Shown: positions 37,355 through 51,204, counted from the first letter of the stretch. The stretch: 64,000 bases of DNA from Felis catus (GCF_018350175.1 NC_058369.1:22446001-22510000); one strand, 5' to 3'. Numbers and translations: made by a program. The notes: generated from the sequence alone by a model not told the origin.

Positions 37355-37804
37355 CCTAATATGAATATTTAAAAGAACTTTGTTACTTTTTCCAAATATA
37401 AAATTATAAATACTCGTTATAAAACAACAGAAAAGTTTTATCTTCAAATGTGGAAATTCCTACAACACTCCCAGCAAGAGATAATTGCTCTAGATATTTT
37501 GGAGGCAGAGGAAGGAGCATGAGCAGACACAAACCAGCAGGCCCCAATCTTGTTGGGCCCTGACAGGACACATTGTTTCAAGCACTTCACCTGCTTGAAA
37601 TGCATCAAGTCCTTACCACAAGGCCAGTGGGGAGGACTAGTGGGGAGGACTAATCCTACCTTTGTGCTGAAGATGAGGAAACTTAGTCATGGAGAGGTTG
37701 AGCTGGGGGAGCAGAATCTGAACCTGGGCAGTTGGGCTCAAGAGCCTGGGCCCTCAACCACCAGACCATATAGCTTCTCATTTTATTATTGTTGCTACTT
37801 ATTT

Positions 37805-38270
37805 ATGTTGTCCATTGCTGCATAACAAATTACCATAAACTTTGGGACTTAAAACAATGAGCACTGATCATCTGGCAGGTTCTGTGGGTCAGGAATCCAG
37901 GTGTGACTTGCTGGGCTGGTTGCTCAGGGTCTTTCAAGCCCATAATGAAGGTGTTGTGCAGGGGCTCCCCTGAGACTGGGCTGAGGGTGGACCCACTTCC
38001 AAGCTCATGGAGTTGTTGGCAGTCCTTGTGAGCCCTTGGACTGAGGAGGACCTCAGATCCTTACTGGCTGTTAGCCAGAGGCTGCCCTCAGTTCCTCACT
38101 GCGTGGGCCTCTTCATGACAGCTGGCTCATCAAAGTCAGCAAGAGAGAGAGTCTGCCCATCTGGAAATTACTATCTGGTGGAACCTAATCACAGAGGGAC
38201 ACCCCATCGCTCTTGCCATATTCTACTCATTGCAAGCAAGTCCCCGTGCTAGGCTGCATTTAGGGGGCTA
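37805..38270. mobile_element. MaLR solo LTR (MLT1E/F-like)
   Basis: ATTGCTGCATAACAAATTACCATAAAC..TTAAAACAA..GGTTCTGTGGGTCAGGAATCCAGG. Confidence 0.75.
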
Positions 38271-39984
38271 GCCTGTATCCAATGATACAGGAGCATCCTC
38301 GCTTCTTTAACTTTTATATTTTTCATAGTTTTCTGATAATGGTTGGATTGGAGCACTTGGCTCAGGGTAAGGCCAGAATGGCACCTTGAACTGGAGATGG
38401 CCAGCCTTATGGCAGGACAGGGTGGGCCTGATCTCAACTCCCTGATGTGGGAGGAGTAGCTAAACCAGAGCTAGAGAAGGGCAGGTCTGCTCACCTCCTC
38501 TTGGTCCTATCCTTCTGGTTTCCTGCCTGGGGACAAGAAGCCCAGGGAAGGGCCCCTGAGAGATGGGACAAGCACCTGCCACACCCGGTAGCAGGCAGCT
38601 CAAGATCTAGGAGGCCTTGGGTCTTTCTCCCACTCCCCTGCCCTTTAAGAACCATGGTGCAAGGGATGGCCAGCCATCCTGGGGAGGCATGAGTCCAGGA
38701 CGAGTCAGGGGTGGAGACAGAGATGGGAAGTGTTTGCTGCGGGTCTCCTCCCTGCATGTGCAGGGTGACGAGGAGGAGGACAGGTAAGGTTCTCCCTGAC
38801 CTGTCATCCTACAGAGAATCTTGCACCTGGCGTTTGTATGGCACCAGACCATACATTTGGGCGTCTTTTTATGTCCAAACATGGGGATCTGATTCATGCT
38901 TTTCTGTGGCTGCTTAGTAGTCCACTGTATGGGTGGCCTGATGAAACCTGATCTCCAGATCATTGGAGGCTCACCCAACTCCGTTTGAAATGTGTCATTT
39001 CTGGGGGGCCCTAAGGGCAAACCCATGTGTGCCATGTCATTGTCGAAGTGTGTGCTCTAAATATAAGCCTCCTCAAAATAATCTTTCTGAGTTTGGTGCA
39101 TGTGTATCCTCCAAGGACTCTCACAACCAAATGGGGCCTCCGAGGCCTTCCATTAACAAGGATGGCTCCCATCTCTGCGGAGGTCCTGGGGCCATTGAAG
39201 GGAACACAGCCAAGTCTCTGTCACTCCTCTGAGGGTTGAGGAACTCTGCATTTGAAAAAGCCAGCGTGCGAAACCCTGGCTGACATCCTGGTATTAGCTC
39301 ATCTTTCACCAGGTGAAAGGAGGTGTTATTTCCATTCAAGCAGCTTCACCTTTTGCCCCCCTACACTTGCTTCCGTTTCACGTTCAGCTTGCTCTCTCAC
39401 TGCGCACACTACAATTAGTGATGTCTGCTTCACGAGCGCCGCTCCAATAACAGGCTGCAGATAGTCTTCCGTTTCCCTTTTTGCTTTATTCAGGGTTCTA
39501 ATAAATAACCTGTTCCCTCACGTATCTTTTTGTCCCTACAAAATCCAAAGCCATCTAACATCACTTCTGTAGCTCAGCTCCCTTTCACGGCTCTCCTGTT
39601 TATTTCAAGTGGCTCAGGGTTTAACTTCATTATTAGCAATAGTCAGTCATTATTTACTGAGGTTTTAGTGTGCACCCAGCCCCCGTGCTACATTCTTTGT
39701 AGGAGAAAGCTCCATGAAGCTTCACTACAGACAGCCCTTACACACTAAGGAGTGTAAACACTCCTAGTTTACAGAGGAGGAGACCAAGGTGGAGAGAGGG
39801 CCTCATTCAAGGTCACCTTGCCAGAAAGTGGCCAGATCTGAAGCTACACCTGCTAAGAAAACCAAACTCTGAAGCCCTCTGCCATGCAGAATTATTGCCC
39901 TAACTCCTCTGCAGGTTCACAGTGGGCCCTGCTAAGACCAAGGTTATTCAGCTTCTCAGGAGGACAAGGAGAAATTGGAGAGCC

Positions 39985-40125
39985 TCCAGGGAAGGTCCTG
40001 GAAAGTGATTAAGAGGACGAGAATAACACTGGTGAGAAGGCTCAGAGGAATAAGAGTAATTTAATCTGGAGAAATAAATTCTAGGGGCTAATTAATGGCA
40101 TTCCACCGATGTCTTCATGAGAATC
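39985..40125 (+). mobile_element. CR1/L3 ORF2 3' fragment
   Basis: GAAGGCTCAGAGGAA..TTTAATCTGGAGAAA..CTAGGGG pattern. Confidence 0.45.
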
Positions 40126-40204
40126 AATTAAAATATTTTAAAACAGGAGCTAATCTGCTAGTTTTATTATACAATGGTAAAGGAATGGTTTAACTATTAT
40201 TTTA

Positions 40205-40860
40205 TTTAATGAATTCAGCAAATATGTAGTAAGCAGCCACCATGGCTCAGATACATAGTAAACAAGGTCCCTCCTCTGGTAGGACTTACATTTTGTTGTC
40301 AAGGATGGGGAGGGAGGGAGGGAGGAAGGACGGGCTGTAAGCTAGGAAACCATAGAGAAACAGGATCATGCTAGTCAATGATAAATGCTGTGAAGACACC
40401 AAGACAGGAGGACAGAAAACAAGTGTAGCAGGTGGGCTTCTCCACTTTGGGAGGTGGGGTGGCATTTGCACTGGGACTGGATGTGAACCTATGGGAATGG
40501 AATGGTCTGGGTGGAAGGGACCTTGGGGCAGGAACTTTGGCAGATACAAGGGGCAGAAAGCAGGAGGGTAAGGCTGGTGGCGGAGAGTGGTGGGCGATAG
40601 GCTGGGACATCCAATGGGCAGAGGAGTCATGTGTGAAGGAATGGACCATAGGAGGTCAGGGTAAGAGGTATCAGTGAGGGCCGCCATGGTGGTTTGGACT
40701 CAGGGGAAGTGGGGCAGGTGGAGAGAAATGGATCTTTGCATCTGTCTTGTGTTTGTTGGCAGGTAATCATGGCAGATGAGATGTGGGGGTGGGGGCAGAG
40801 ACGAGAGGAAGAGAAGACTCGAGCATGGCCATCAGAGTTTTGGAATGAAAAATTAGCTGT
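40205..40860 (-). mobile_element. L2 fragment
   Basis: ATTCAGCAAATATG..ACAAGGTCCCTCC..ATAAATGCTGTGAAG..GAGAAATGGAT antisense L2 features. Confidence 0.6.
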
Positions 40861-43066
40861 TTATTTTGTTTTCATTTTACTGGGAGAAGGAAGTTTTGAG
40901 GGTACCTTGCTTGGCAGTTTTAAGCTGATACTCTTGGGCCATCAATTCTAGGTAATATTTTGGATCTCGGTATACTTTGTAGGGAGAAGGTCCAAACCTC
41001 TCCTCTGTTTCTTGGAAGGGAAAGCCTCCCCCTTCCCAGGTCCCAGCAATGAGAATGTTGAGTCCAATACAAGCCAAGGCCTCCATACCCCACCCCATTT
41101 TGCAAGCAGGGAAACTGAGCCTCCGAGAACAGTTTGCAGAAGGTCACATCACGTCCAGCTCTTGGCAGAGTCTCGAGTCTCCTGAGTCCTCAGCCAGGGC
41201 TCTCTCCACCGTATGAGCTGTCTCAGGGCACAGGGAAGGGAGGCAGAGGTTTGAACAAACAATTCCATCCCTCCTAGCCTGGACAAAAATGAGAATCCTT
41301 GCTCTTAGAGGTCAGTTCTCAGAAGCTGAGTGGCCTTGGCTCCAGCCATGTCAGTGCCTTCTCTCTAGTCAACCGAATATAAGTTTAAACAGGTCTGTTT
41401 TTAAGAAGCGACCTCAATATTCAAGTGTCTATGAAATGCATAAGATCCAGGTGTGACTGCAACTGAAATTGAGCACCAGTGAGGTATGTGTGTCAAGCTA
41501 TTTTGGGGTGCAAATACCAAGGTTTGGGGCCCGTGGGTGGAGGGTAATCTCTGAGAAGTGTTCCCTCAATGCTTTTTGGAAAGCCCTGAATTATAGTCTA
41601 TCAGAAAGGATCTTGAATAGAAACTTTCATGATGGTTATACTGCTATGTACCTTTCAAAAGCAGAAGTTAGAGTGTTAGAATAACCCAAGGTGAAATGAA
41701 ATCCATTTGGGCTTTCCATACTTCAGGCACACTTTTATGGGTCAGTCTCTGAAGGTCAGCTAAAAAAACGAAACAAAACAAAACAAAACAAAACAAAACA
41801 GAAGGGATAAAAGAAGTTCCTTGAAAAAGCTTGTGTTAGGAAGACAAAACCATAATGTTTCTCATTCTGTTGATAAAATAGAGACTTCCTCCCAGAAATT
41901 TTCCAATGGGGGAAAAAAAAGTACTTTATAATGATGTTTTATGTAGCCTGGTGAGCAAATGCACAAAATGATAAAAGCATTACAATTATAATGCCTCCTA
42001 CCCAGAAGCTTAATGCAACATGGTGGGAATTTAGATGTATCTGCAGTCACATTTCTTGTGGAATCCTAACTGCCTCAAGTCCTGAAGCCAACTTTTCTTG
42101 TGTGGTATACTTTTAGCCAAACCTAAACTGATCAGATTTCCAGGACAGAGAGATATCTTCTCAACCAAACTCATTCCACCAGAATTTTTAGATGTACTTT
42201 TTTGCATTGAGGGAGGTAATTTGTCTCAAAGAAATACACGTTATTTGGGAAATGCTGTGATGGGCAAGCCATGCCTTACATTATCAGGTTGGTTCACTGA
42301 CTGAGTGCTTGGCCAAGATCTGAGCGAATGAGCCATACACCAGATGAGTTTTGATGTGTTAAGCAAGGGAAGAAAAACCCTGAGATTGGAGGGCTACCTG
42401 GGTGGGGAAGCTTCCACAGTGGGGAATTCTGGGGTGGCTATTCCCAGTATTGGAAACCAAGCTAGCCACCTGGTATAGCCTTACTGGGACTGGTCAGAGC
42501 TTTGTCTTTGCAAACAGCTTAGTTTCCTTTGAAAGGACATGGAAGCTTGGAGTTAGAAGGTTGGCTTAAAGCCTCAGGCATGGTGTTTACCACCCTAGGA
42601 GTGTGGATTAGGGTCTGATGTGCGCAAATGGGAAGATTCATTTCTCCCACTAGGTGGCAGTCTATGGGGGCATGGGCTTGCAAAGCACCTAGAATTCAGT
42701 TACCTCCCAAAATGGGGCCACTTCCTCCCAGGAAAAGATTGCTATCCTCATTCAAGTCCTGGAGAGGAGCTAGTCTATCTCCATTTCTCCATTTTTTTCA
42801 TTTTTAGCTTAGCTAGCCAAGTTGTTGAACTGTGATGACTATGTCAGCAAAATGCATTCTGGGAGTGAAATGTTTACTACACAAAGGCAAATTCACCTCT
42901 TAAAAGGGATGGTTTCTCTCAGTCTTAGAGCTTGTACGGTTCAGTTTCAGTGCCCTAGCCACAAAACATTGGGAAAATATACCCAGGACCTTTAGATGAC
43001 TAATTATCAGCCACACCTAGAAAACTCTAGGTATCGCTGGTGTTGCAATAAGAAATAATGAGAAGA

Positions 43067-43220
43067 GGGATGCCCGTGTGGCTCAGTTGGTTAAACGTCT
43101 GACTTTGGCTCAGGTCACAATCTCATGGCATGAGTTTGGGCCCCGTGTCAGGCTTACTGCTGTCAGTGCAGAACCTGCTTTGGATCCTCTGTCCCTTTCT
43201 CTCTCTGCCCCTCCCTGACT

Positions 43221-43258
<38 letters not shown>

Positions 43259-43287
43259 TGAACATAAATAAACATTAAAAAAAGAAG
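43067..43287 (+). mobile_element. Carnivore SINE
   Basis: Full body; TSD AAGAAATAATGAGAAGA at 43050 and 43288. Confidence 0.95.
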
Positions 43288-43529
43288 AAGAAATAATGAG
43301 AAGAGAACAGAAATCTAATGCTTGTTGAATGCTTTCTCTGGACAATAAGTGAACTGTGGCTCATAGAGCTTAACCGCTCACTCAGTCTAAAAACAGATGG
43401 AACTAGGGTTTGAACTCAGGTCCATCTAGCTATAAAACCAACCCCATTTCTGCTATCCCATGCTTGATAAGAGCAAATGGCAGCAAGCCAGTAGCTATGG
43501 TGGGGACAGGACAGGAAGATGTTCCAGAG

Positions 43530-43910
43530 GATTTATAAGTAATACAGTCCTGACCAATCAGAGCATTGCATCCCCCCCCTCCCACAGGCACAGCAGTTGG
43601 TTCAGAAATGGGCATTTGAGCCAAGCAGTGCCCTTGGGGAAGGCTCTTTTCTGCTAGATTTGAAGCTGTGATAAGAGCACAAGCTTCTGAGGGCAACTAC
43701 ATGAGGAGTGAGTGGTCATAGAGATCAGAGTCATGAGACAGGGAGCCTGAGACTGTGTGACCATCTGGCACCACCCAAGCTCTGGGTCTAATCACATTTG
43801 ATCTTCCCAGGATGTTTCAGTTGCCCAGCCAGTAGGTTATGTCCCTCTTTTGATTATGTCATTTGGGGTAGGGGTGTTGTCACTTTCACCAAAAGAATAT
43901 TGACTTATGT
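43530..43910. mobile_element. MaLR LTR (MLT1J-like)
   Basis: CCAATCAGAGCATTGCATCCCCC..CACAG..TTGGTTCAG..ATGGGCA..GAGCCAA. Confidence 0.55.
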
Positions 43911-44827
43911 AGGCAGTAAAGATGAGAGGGGACTGAATGAAAATAAAACAAAAGCAGCTATAGGTTCAGTGGTGTGCTCACTATCCTGTGTTCTTCTGGC
44001 AGTTGACTTTCTACATCGTCGGTCTTTATCCACTCGATTTCAGAACGAACGAATGAATGAAAGGTAATAGGGGCCAGAGAGACGTGGGGAGAGTAGACTA
44101 AGATTCAGCTAAAACACAAGAGCAATTGGTAAAAGGTCTTAGGATTACAACACCACCTCAGCTAGAGCTACACGCTGTTTTTCTATATCATGTTTGAAAA
44201 TGTGATGTGTCAGAACAAATGGTTACAACTTTAACTTACATAATGAATATATATTATAATGCAGGATGTACAAATAAATGCAATACCTGTAAATTATTTG
44301 ACAATCAGCCGTGGTCCAGCTTGAATTTTTCCCAAATGCCGAGGCTCAATTATCATCGCAGGAGTGATTGTACCGTTATAGTTAGGCTTGAGTTGGAAGC
44401 TTTACTAATTGTGAAAGAAGGAAAAAAAGAACAGTCTTCATAAGGCAGACAATAATATGAACATTTCAATAAGTATTTTCAGTATTGAGTTTTCCTTGGT
44501 CCATTTTCAAATTCATAGTAATCATTATACTTCCTTACTCAGCCAAATTCAGAATGGTTGAATGAATGAATAGCAAATTTGCATAATTTAGGATTGAAAA
44601 CTCAACTCAAATTGGTTGAACTATAAGAGAGTAATAGCCCTAAAAAACCGAGAAATCCAGAAGACCAGATGTGAGGTCAGTGTTGACCGAGATAGTAGAA
44701 TGAAGTCCTTCATGACCCATTTCCCCCAATTCCTCAGATTTTCCTCATGGAGCAGGATCTCCATCTGCAGGCTTCACACAGCAGGTCTGCCAGGCCAGCT
44801 TCCCTTGGGTGGCAGCAAACTAGCTAC

Positions 44828-45782
44828 AGAACACTTCACCAAAGAAGATGCATAGATGGCCAACAAGCATATGGCAAGATGCTCCACATCATAAGTCATC
44901 AGGGAAATGTGAATCAGGACAACAGTGAGATACAGCTACATACCTATTAGGATGGCTAAAGTCTGGAACACTGAGAACACCAAATCCTGGAGAGGATGTG
45001 GAACAAGAGGAACTCTCATTCGTTGCTGCTAAGAATCCAAAATGGTACAAGCCACTTTGTTGACGGTGTCTTACAAAACTAAACATACTCTTACCATACA
45101 ATCCAGCAATTAAGCTCCTTGGTATTTACCCGAAGAAGTTGAAAACTTGTGTTCACACGAAAACTTGCACACAGATGTTTATAGGAGCTTTATTCATAAT
45201 TACCAAAACTTGGAAACAACCAAGATGTCCATCAGTAGGTGAATGGATAAACAAACTGTGGTACATTCAGACAGTGGGAATGTTATTTGGCTCTAAAAAG
45301 AAGTGCTATCAAGCCATGAAAAGATATGGAGGAAACTTAAATGCATATTACTAAGTGAAAGAAGCCAATCTAAAAACCGTATGATTTTACCTATATGAAA
45401 TTCTGGAAACAATGAAAAGATCAGTGGTTGCTGGGGGTCAGTGGGGATGGAGAGATGATAGGAGAGATACAGAGGATTTTTAGGGCAGCGAATCTGTTCT
45501 ATATGATACAGTACTCTGTGTGATACAATGGTAGATACATGTCATACATTTGTCCAAATCCATAGGATGTACAACATCCAGAGTGACCTCTAATGTAAAC
45601 TATGGACTTTGTGTGGTGATTATGTGTCAAGATAGGTTCACTGTTTGTAACAAATGTACTACTCTGGTGCGGGATGTTGATAGTGGGGGAGGCTGAGCAT
45701 GTATGGGGCAAGGGGTATATGGGAAATCTCTGTATCTTTATCTCAGTTTTGCTGAGAGCCTAAAAATGTTCCTTAAAAAAAA
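44828..45782 (+). mobile_element. L1 (L1MC1-like) ORF2 end and 3' UTR
   Basis: HFTKED and TWKQPRCPSVGEWINKLWYI are canonical L1 ORF2 C-terminal sequence; 3' UTR ends GGGAAATCTCTGTA..CCTAAAA..A-tail. Confidence 0.93.
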
Positions 45783-46289
45783 CTACAGTCCCAGGCTTTA
45801 ACAACGTTGTGATGCACTCTCTAGGCTGAGAGAGAGGGTCTCTCAGCTTTGGCAGAAGAAACTTTGGCTTCTGCACTAGCTTTGGCAGAAGAAGAGGAAT
45901 CTTTTTTTTTGATAGAAGGACTCAGCAATGCCTCCTACACCTTTGTGTTTCACTGGCCAGTCCTTGGAGCCAGAGGGTCAGGAGTACTGGTTGGCTTAAG
46001 CCAGTGTGAGCCCACACACAGATGGGGTTTCTGCCTCGTCTAAATCACATGGCTGGGCTCAGAGGAGGGTGGTTTCCCAAAGGAAAAATGGGGAGACTAT
46101 TCCTAGGAAGTGGCTGAATGAATGATGGGTCACCGATAACAGAAGGCTTCTATAAATGGGAAGTTTATCTTCTGTATATCCTCATTTCTCAAAGTTCAAT
46201 AGCTTTGAAGAGTATTTGTTTAATTTTTGGTACATTGAGTTGGTCTCTAAGGGATGTAGACAATCCACAATAAATATTATTGAAAGAAA

Positions 46290-46630
46290 GACTATTGGTA
46301 AAATAGCACTAGTTGTAAGATCGAATCTCCATGTTTCAGTGGCTTAATGCAGCAGAAGTGAGTTCTTGCTCTTTTAAAGGTGCTGGATAGGAAGGTGATC
46401 TCTCACACTCTGATTCAGAGACCGAGGTTTTTTCTGTCTTGTGCCTCAGTCAAAGGCCTCAGAATTCTTTACTTCCAGACCTTAGATGGGAAAAAGAGCA
46501 GAACATAGCCTTTAGGAGATTTTCATACATGTTACTTCTATTCACATTCTATTGTGCAGAACTCAGTCACAAGGCTGTGCCTTAACACAGGGGAGACTGG
46601 GAAATGTAATCCAGCTGAGTGTTGGGGTGG
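46290..46630. mobile_element. MaLR LTR fragment (MLT1-like)
   Basis: TTCAGTGGCTTAA..TTACTTCTATTCACATTCTATTG..AGAACTCAGTCACA..GGGAGACTGGGAAATGTA. Confidence 0.6.
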
Positions 46631-47309
46631 AAAGCTAGAAGAAAGGCAAAGAAGGCAGGCAATGAAAAAAATCCCATTCACCCGGTGCATTTACTGGTCC
46701 AGAAACTCATCTAAGTGAAAACGTATTCCTAGAACAGAGGGTGAGAATCGTTGCAGATTATATGGCACAAGCATGTGAATGCTATTTTAAAACTTTTAAA
46801 AGTTGGTCTATATGGGGCTGACATGTACATATGGCAATGTCATGTAGTTCAGCTTGAGAATAATTTGACATAAAATCTAGGACATGGGGAAGCAAAGACA
46901 TACTGGGACCATGTCCCATTGAGTGTTCTGGGATCTTTATTTTTGAGACAATTTCTTTTGAGATACAATTTATATATGATAAAATGCTGGCATTTTAGGT
47001 GTAGAGTTTGATGGGTTTCATTAAACCCATTACATCTTTGATGAGGAAAATGTACAGGGAAATAGGTTTATACTACCACTCTACAAAAGGGAATATGGAG
47101 GGAATTTCTGGAAACATCTATAAAACGATTTTTCTTTCTTTGAGTTAATTAATAGTGAAAAAGGAATTTTGTCTAAAACAATTGGATTATTGCTTCAGTT
47201 TGCTTAACCAGGACAGAAGTGACTTCAGCCTCTGAGTAGCAAAGAATATGAATATAAGTAACAGGTTTCTGATAAACCACATAAGCCACATATGATAAAC
47301 CACAGAGCT

Positions 47310-47775
47310 CGGGCTTTAGCCTCAAATTGATCAGGGGTTGGGTTCTGGCTCAGCCACTTTCAACCTATGTTGACCTTGGGTATTTTATTTTATTTTTTAT
47401 TTTTAAGTTTGTTTATTTTGAGAGAGAGCGAGAGAACACACAAGTTGGGGAGGGACAGAGAGAGAGAGAGACAGAGAGAGAGAGAATCCCAAGCAGGCCC
47501 TGCACTGACAGTGTATAGCCAGATGTGGGGCTCAAACTCATGAACCGTGAGGTCACGACCTGAGCTGAGGTCAAGAGTTGGTGGCTTAACCAACTGAGCC
47601 ACCCAGGTGCCTCAACCTTGGGTATTTTAAACCTCAGTTTCTCTTCTGTGAAATAGGACTAGAAATAACACCTACTTAATAGGGTTGATTTGAAGATTAA
47701 AAGAAATAATGTGTAAAAATATTTGGTACAATGTCCAGAACATAGTAAGTGCTCAGTTTGCATTAGCTACTGTTA
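47310..47775 (+). mobile_element. MIR, interrupted by a SINE
   Basis: TGACCTTGGG..CCTCAGTTTCTCTTCTGTGAAATAGG..ACATAGTAAGTGCTCA. Confidence 0.75.
47388..47613 (-). mobile_element. Carnivore SINE
   Basis: Antisense body; TSD ACCTTGGGTATTTTA at 47373 and 47615. Confidence 0.95.
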
Positions 47776-50327
47776 TTAATTGTTTATCACTCATGAGAAG
47801 CTACCCATTCATGGAGACTCTCTGGTTTTCTACAGTATATGCCACTGTCAGGCTCCTGATGAAGTCATGTTCAATTTGACTTCTGCATCTTTTTTTTTAT
47901 TCACCATCCCATTATTTTTTATAAGATATTCTGAATTCCCCCGTGGAAGCAAGAACCATAGTAACAAGCTTTCAGCTTCATTTTGCTTCTGAGATGATCA
48001 TTAATGGAGTTATTTTGATACTTTTTTTTTACACAAGACAGCCTTAAGCTGTAACTACAAATGCCTTTTCAAAAGTCCCTGATTTATTTTTCTGTTCAGC
48101 TGAACTCTTGTGTCTTTGTCTTCATATGTTTTTGATGAATGGATGATGTCGTCTTCAGATGTTCTCAACCATCCTGGGGTGCATTAAAATCACCCGATGG
48201 CTCTCATCAAGTCGAAGACAGGAAGGGGAAATCCAAGCAAAAGACAGGCTCTGCTTCCTGGGACATGCATGCACCTGCTAAGGCACTAGTGTTAGGAAAT
48301 TCACAAAGTCAGCCTCTGATCATAAAGATTCTTCCTTAAGGAGAAAAGGAAAAGGGCAAAAGCAAAAAAAATACATTTACTTCAAAGAACTCCTGTCTGA
48401 TTGAGTGGAGAAAAAGTAGCCTCATTGCTTTGATCCTTTCACTGAGAGAAACAACATGAAAAGAAAAGAGAAAACAAGGCTCAAAATATGGGCTTTTGTT
48501 GAGAGCATCATTAGGAGTGTTTATTGGCTATAGCAAACACACATCGCAGCTCTGGAACATTCTGTAGGGCTTCACCAGCTTCTGCCTGGAAGACCAGGTG
48601 GTTGATTCTGGGCCACATTTCTTTTTTCAAGTGAGGGAGCAGGGACTGTAAGTCTCAAACCCCCTTGACCTTTGGTGTGTTCAGTCTTTAGAAATAAACT
48701 TGGATTTTTTTTTTAAGGCTTTGGTTTGTTTACCTTTGGTAAACACTGTCTGATTTCTTTTTTCCCCTTGAAGAGAAAAGCTCTTCACAAAGCTGATGAA
48801 AAGGCTTTTTGCACATCAGCTTCTTCAAAACAACATTGTGATGAGTTAAGTGCAAACAAATCAGGATCAGATGAATTGCATTTTCCCTTTAAAATAGAGT
48901 TGAACAGATTTAAGGTGGTGAGGGAAGTGTTTTTCAAAAGTGCTCTTCAAAACCAGAATACTGAGTGGCAGTCAATAAACTCAAGAGTAGGGACAGAATT
49001 TGCCTTCCTACTCTTCTGGAACATTATTTTTCAAACGATGTGCATGGCCTCAGTCCTTTACAGGTGAGCCGCCAAATTCTGATGAACGCGTGGAGTTAAT
49101 TTGTTCTAACGAGGAGGAAATTCCCAGCAGTGACCGAGCAGATAGAATGTAAAGCCGAGTGCACAGCCGCTGCCTGCTACAAGGAACTAAAAAGTACTAT
49201 TTAATAGTAACTGGCATCAAAGAAAGGCGTAATATGGGGAGTGTGTGAGATTTGTGCTTCACGAGCGTATAAGAGTGTGGTCAGAGCAGGAAACAATTCC
49301 ACACAAACAGCTCTGCTGTAAATTCCATGAAGGCTGAGTCGAGCTCAAGGTTTCCCGTAGAACTGGGTGCCCACTGCCTAGCATGGGGTGACCATAACAA
49401 CAAATCATGACCAGTCAAGGGGACACATAAAATTAGCCATCCCAGTGGCTTCTGTCACAACACCTGCTTTCCAACCTTTGTTTTGAGCAGAACCGATGCC
49501 TCTCTTTTCTACAGTCTCCTCCTGTGATGTGCGCATTTTCTTGTTTTGCCCCCTTCCTGGCCTGGAAGCCCATTGAGGCCAGAGCGCGTGTCTCACCAGG
49601 GTTTTCTCCTCTCCGGAGTCACTGGTTCCTGACACCAGTGCTAAATGCTTCTGAACCCAGGAGAGAATCCAGCCTGTCATCGTCTTCATCACCTTCTCTG
49701 TCATCGTTTTCTTCTCCTTCACTGATTTCATTTTGTGTCAGGACAGTGCTGTGCTGATTTCTAAGTACTTTCATATGCATTGTGGTCCTATTGCTGGCAC
49801 ACATGTGCGCCGTCTGATGTGGCTGGGATCCAGGGACTGGTCTGCATTGGTCCTTCTTTTCTAGCACCGGCCGCTGGTTCTCCAGGTACATCTTTAGGCG
49901 CGGGTAGCTTTAGGCATAGGGAGGAAACAGGTCTCAGGAAACAAAACCTAATGCTTATCAGTTATAGTGCTTAGCAAAAAGAAATAGCTCGAACAATATC
50001 TAATCAAAAAGAGACTAGAGCTACATTGTGTCTTCTTGGAATGTTCCTTTGGCACAAATGCAGCACTTCCAATTTGGTTCTTTATCCCCTAGCCCTTGAC
50101 AAAGTAGCCCCATTGGGTGCCAAGAGAAGTCTAAACACAGACGTAAACCTGGGCTCTGGCATTGACTTGCATAGGTTGGCCCTCCAAGTTATGCACAATG
50201 TGCTAGTATTGATGGCCACTTTTTTAGTCATCAACATGAAAACCCCAAATTAGAAACTCACAGCAACCCATAAATTCATCCCGTTAACCCAGTAAATACA
50301 GGTTTAGAGTTAAACTAAACTCAGGCT

Positions 50328-50538
50328 GGGGCGCCTGAGTGGCTGTCGGTTGAGCGTCCGACTTCAGCTCAGGTCATGATCTCACAGTCTGTGAGTTCGA
50401 GCCCCGTGTCGGGCTCTGTGTTGACAGCTCAGAGCCTGGAGCCTGTTTCAGATTCTGTGTCTCCCCCTCTCTCTGCCCCTCCCCCACTCGCGCTCTGTCT
50501 CTCTCTGTCTCAAAAATAAATAAAAACATTTAAAAAAA
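50328..50538 (+). mobile_element. Carnivore SINE
   Basis: Full body; TSD TTAAACTAAACTCAGG at 50310 and 50539. Confidence 0.95.
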
Positions 50539-51204
50539 TTAAACTAAACTCAGGATTATAAGGAAAAGGTTTTAATTATAATACAGTGACCTTTAAGCAT
50601 TTCTAGGACGATTTTATACTTTTATATGGAGTTCACTAACTTATAGTTTACCAAATGGGGAATTAATGTTTCAACAGGAGCATGAAGGGCCTTTGAAGGA
50701 ATTCACAGTCTCTTTTCCATTTTTTTTTTCTTCTGTACATCAGGATAGGCCTGGTTATGTTGCACCAAGAAACAACCCCCAAATCACAGTGGCATTTCTC
50801 CAGTGCTGGTTGGGAGTGGCCTTCTGCGTCTGTGGTCACTTGAGGACTCCCACTGATGGAGGGTTAACTTTGACATGTGCCTCCAGCACCTCCCTGGCTG
50901 TGGAAGGGGGTGTAATGACCCGTGTGGGGCTCTCTCAACTTCAGCTTAGAAATGACACACATCATTTGTGCACAGAAGCCATTCGCCACAGAAGGTTAAA
51001 GAGCCACTCTGTTTTCAAAGCAGTACAGTCCTATCATGTGCTCACAGAGGGGAGAACCAGAATATTTCTGCCCCACCTTCATGCCCACTGCCTTTCTCTT
51101 CATCATCGTTCCCTCATTACAGAAGCAGCACCCGCGGGAAGACATGCTGCCTCTGATGTACCTGTTAGGTTGTCTGGTTTTGTTATCTAAAAATGCCCCT
51201 GCCA

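Noticed and set aside
49619..49891. Minus-strand 90-aa ORF with acidic stretch (EISEGEENDDREGDEDDD)
   Set aside because: No protein I recognise; it overlaps degenerate L2-tail and MIR-like sequence, and the acidic run is the antisense of a TC-rich tract
50666..51190. 174-aa plus-strand ORF
   Set aside because: Mostly overlaps MLT1-like LTR sequence; composition not protein-like
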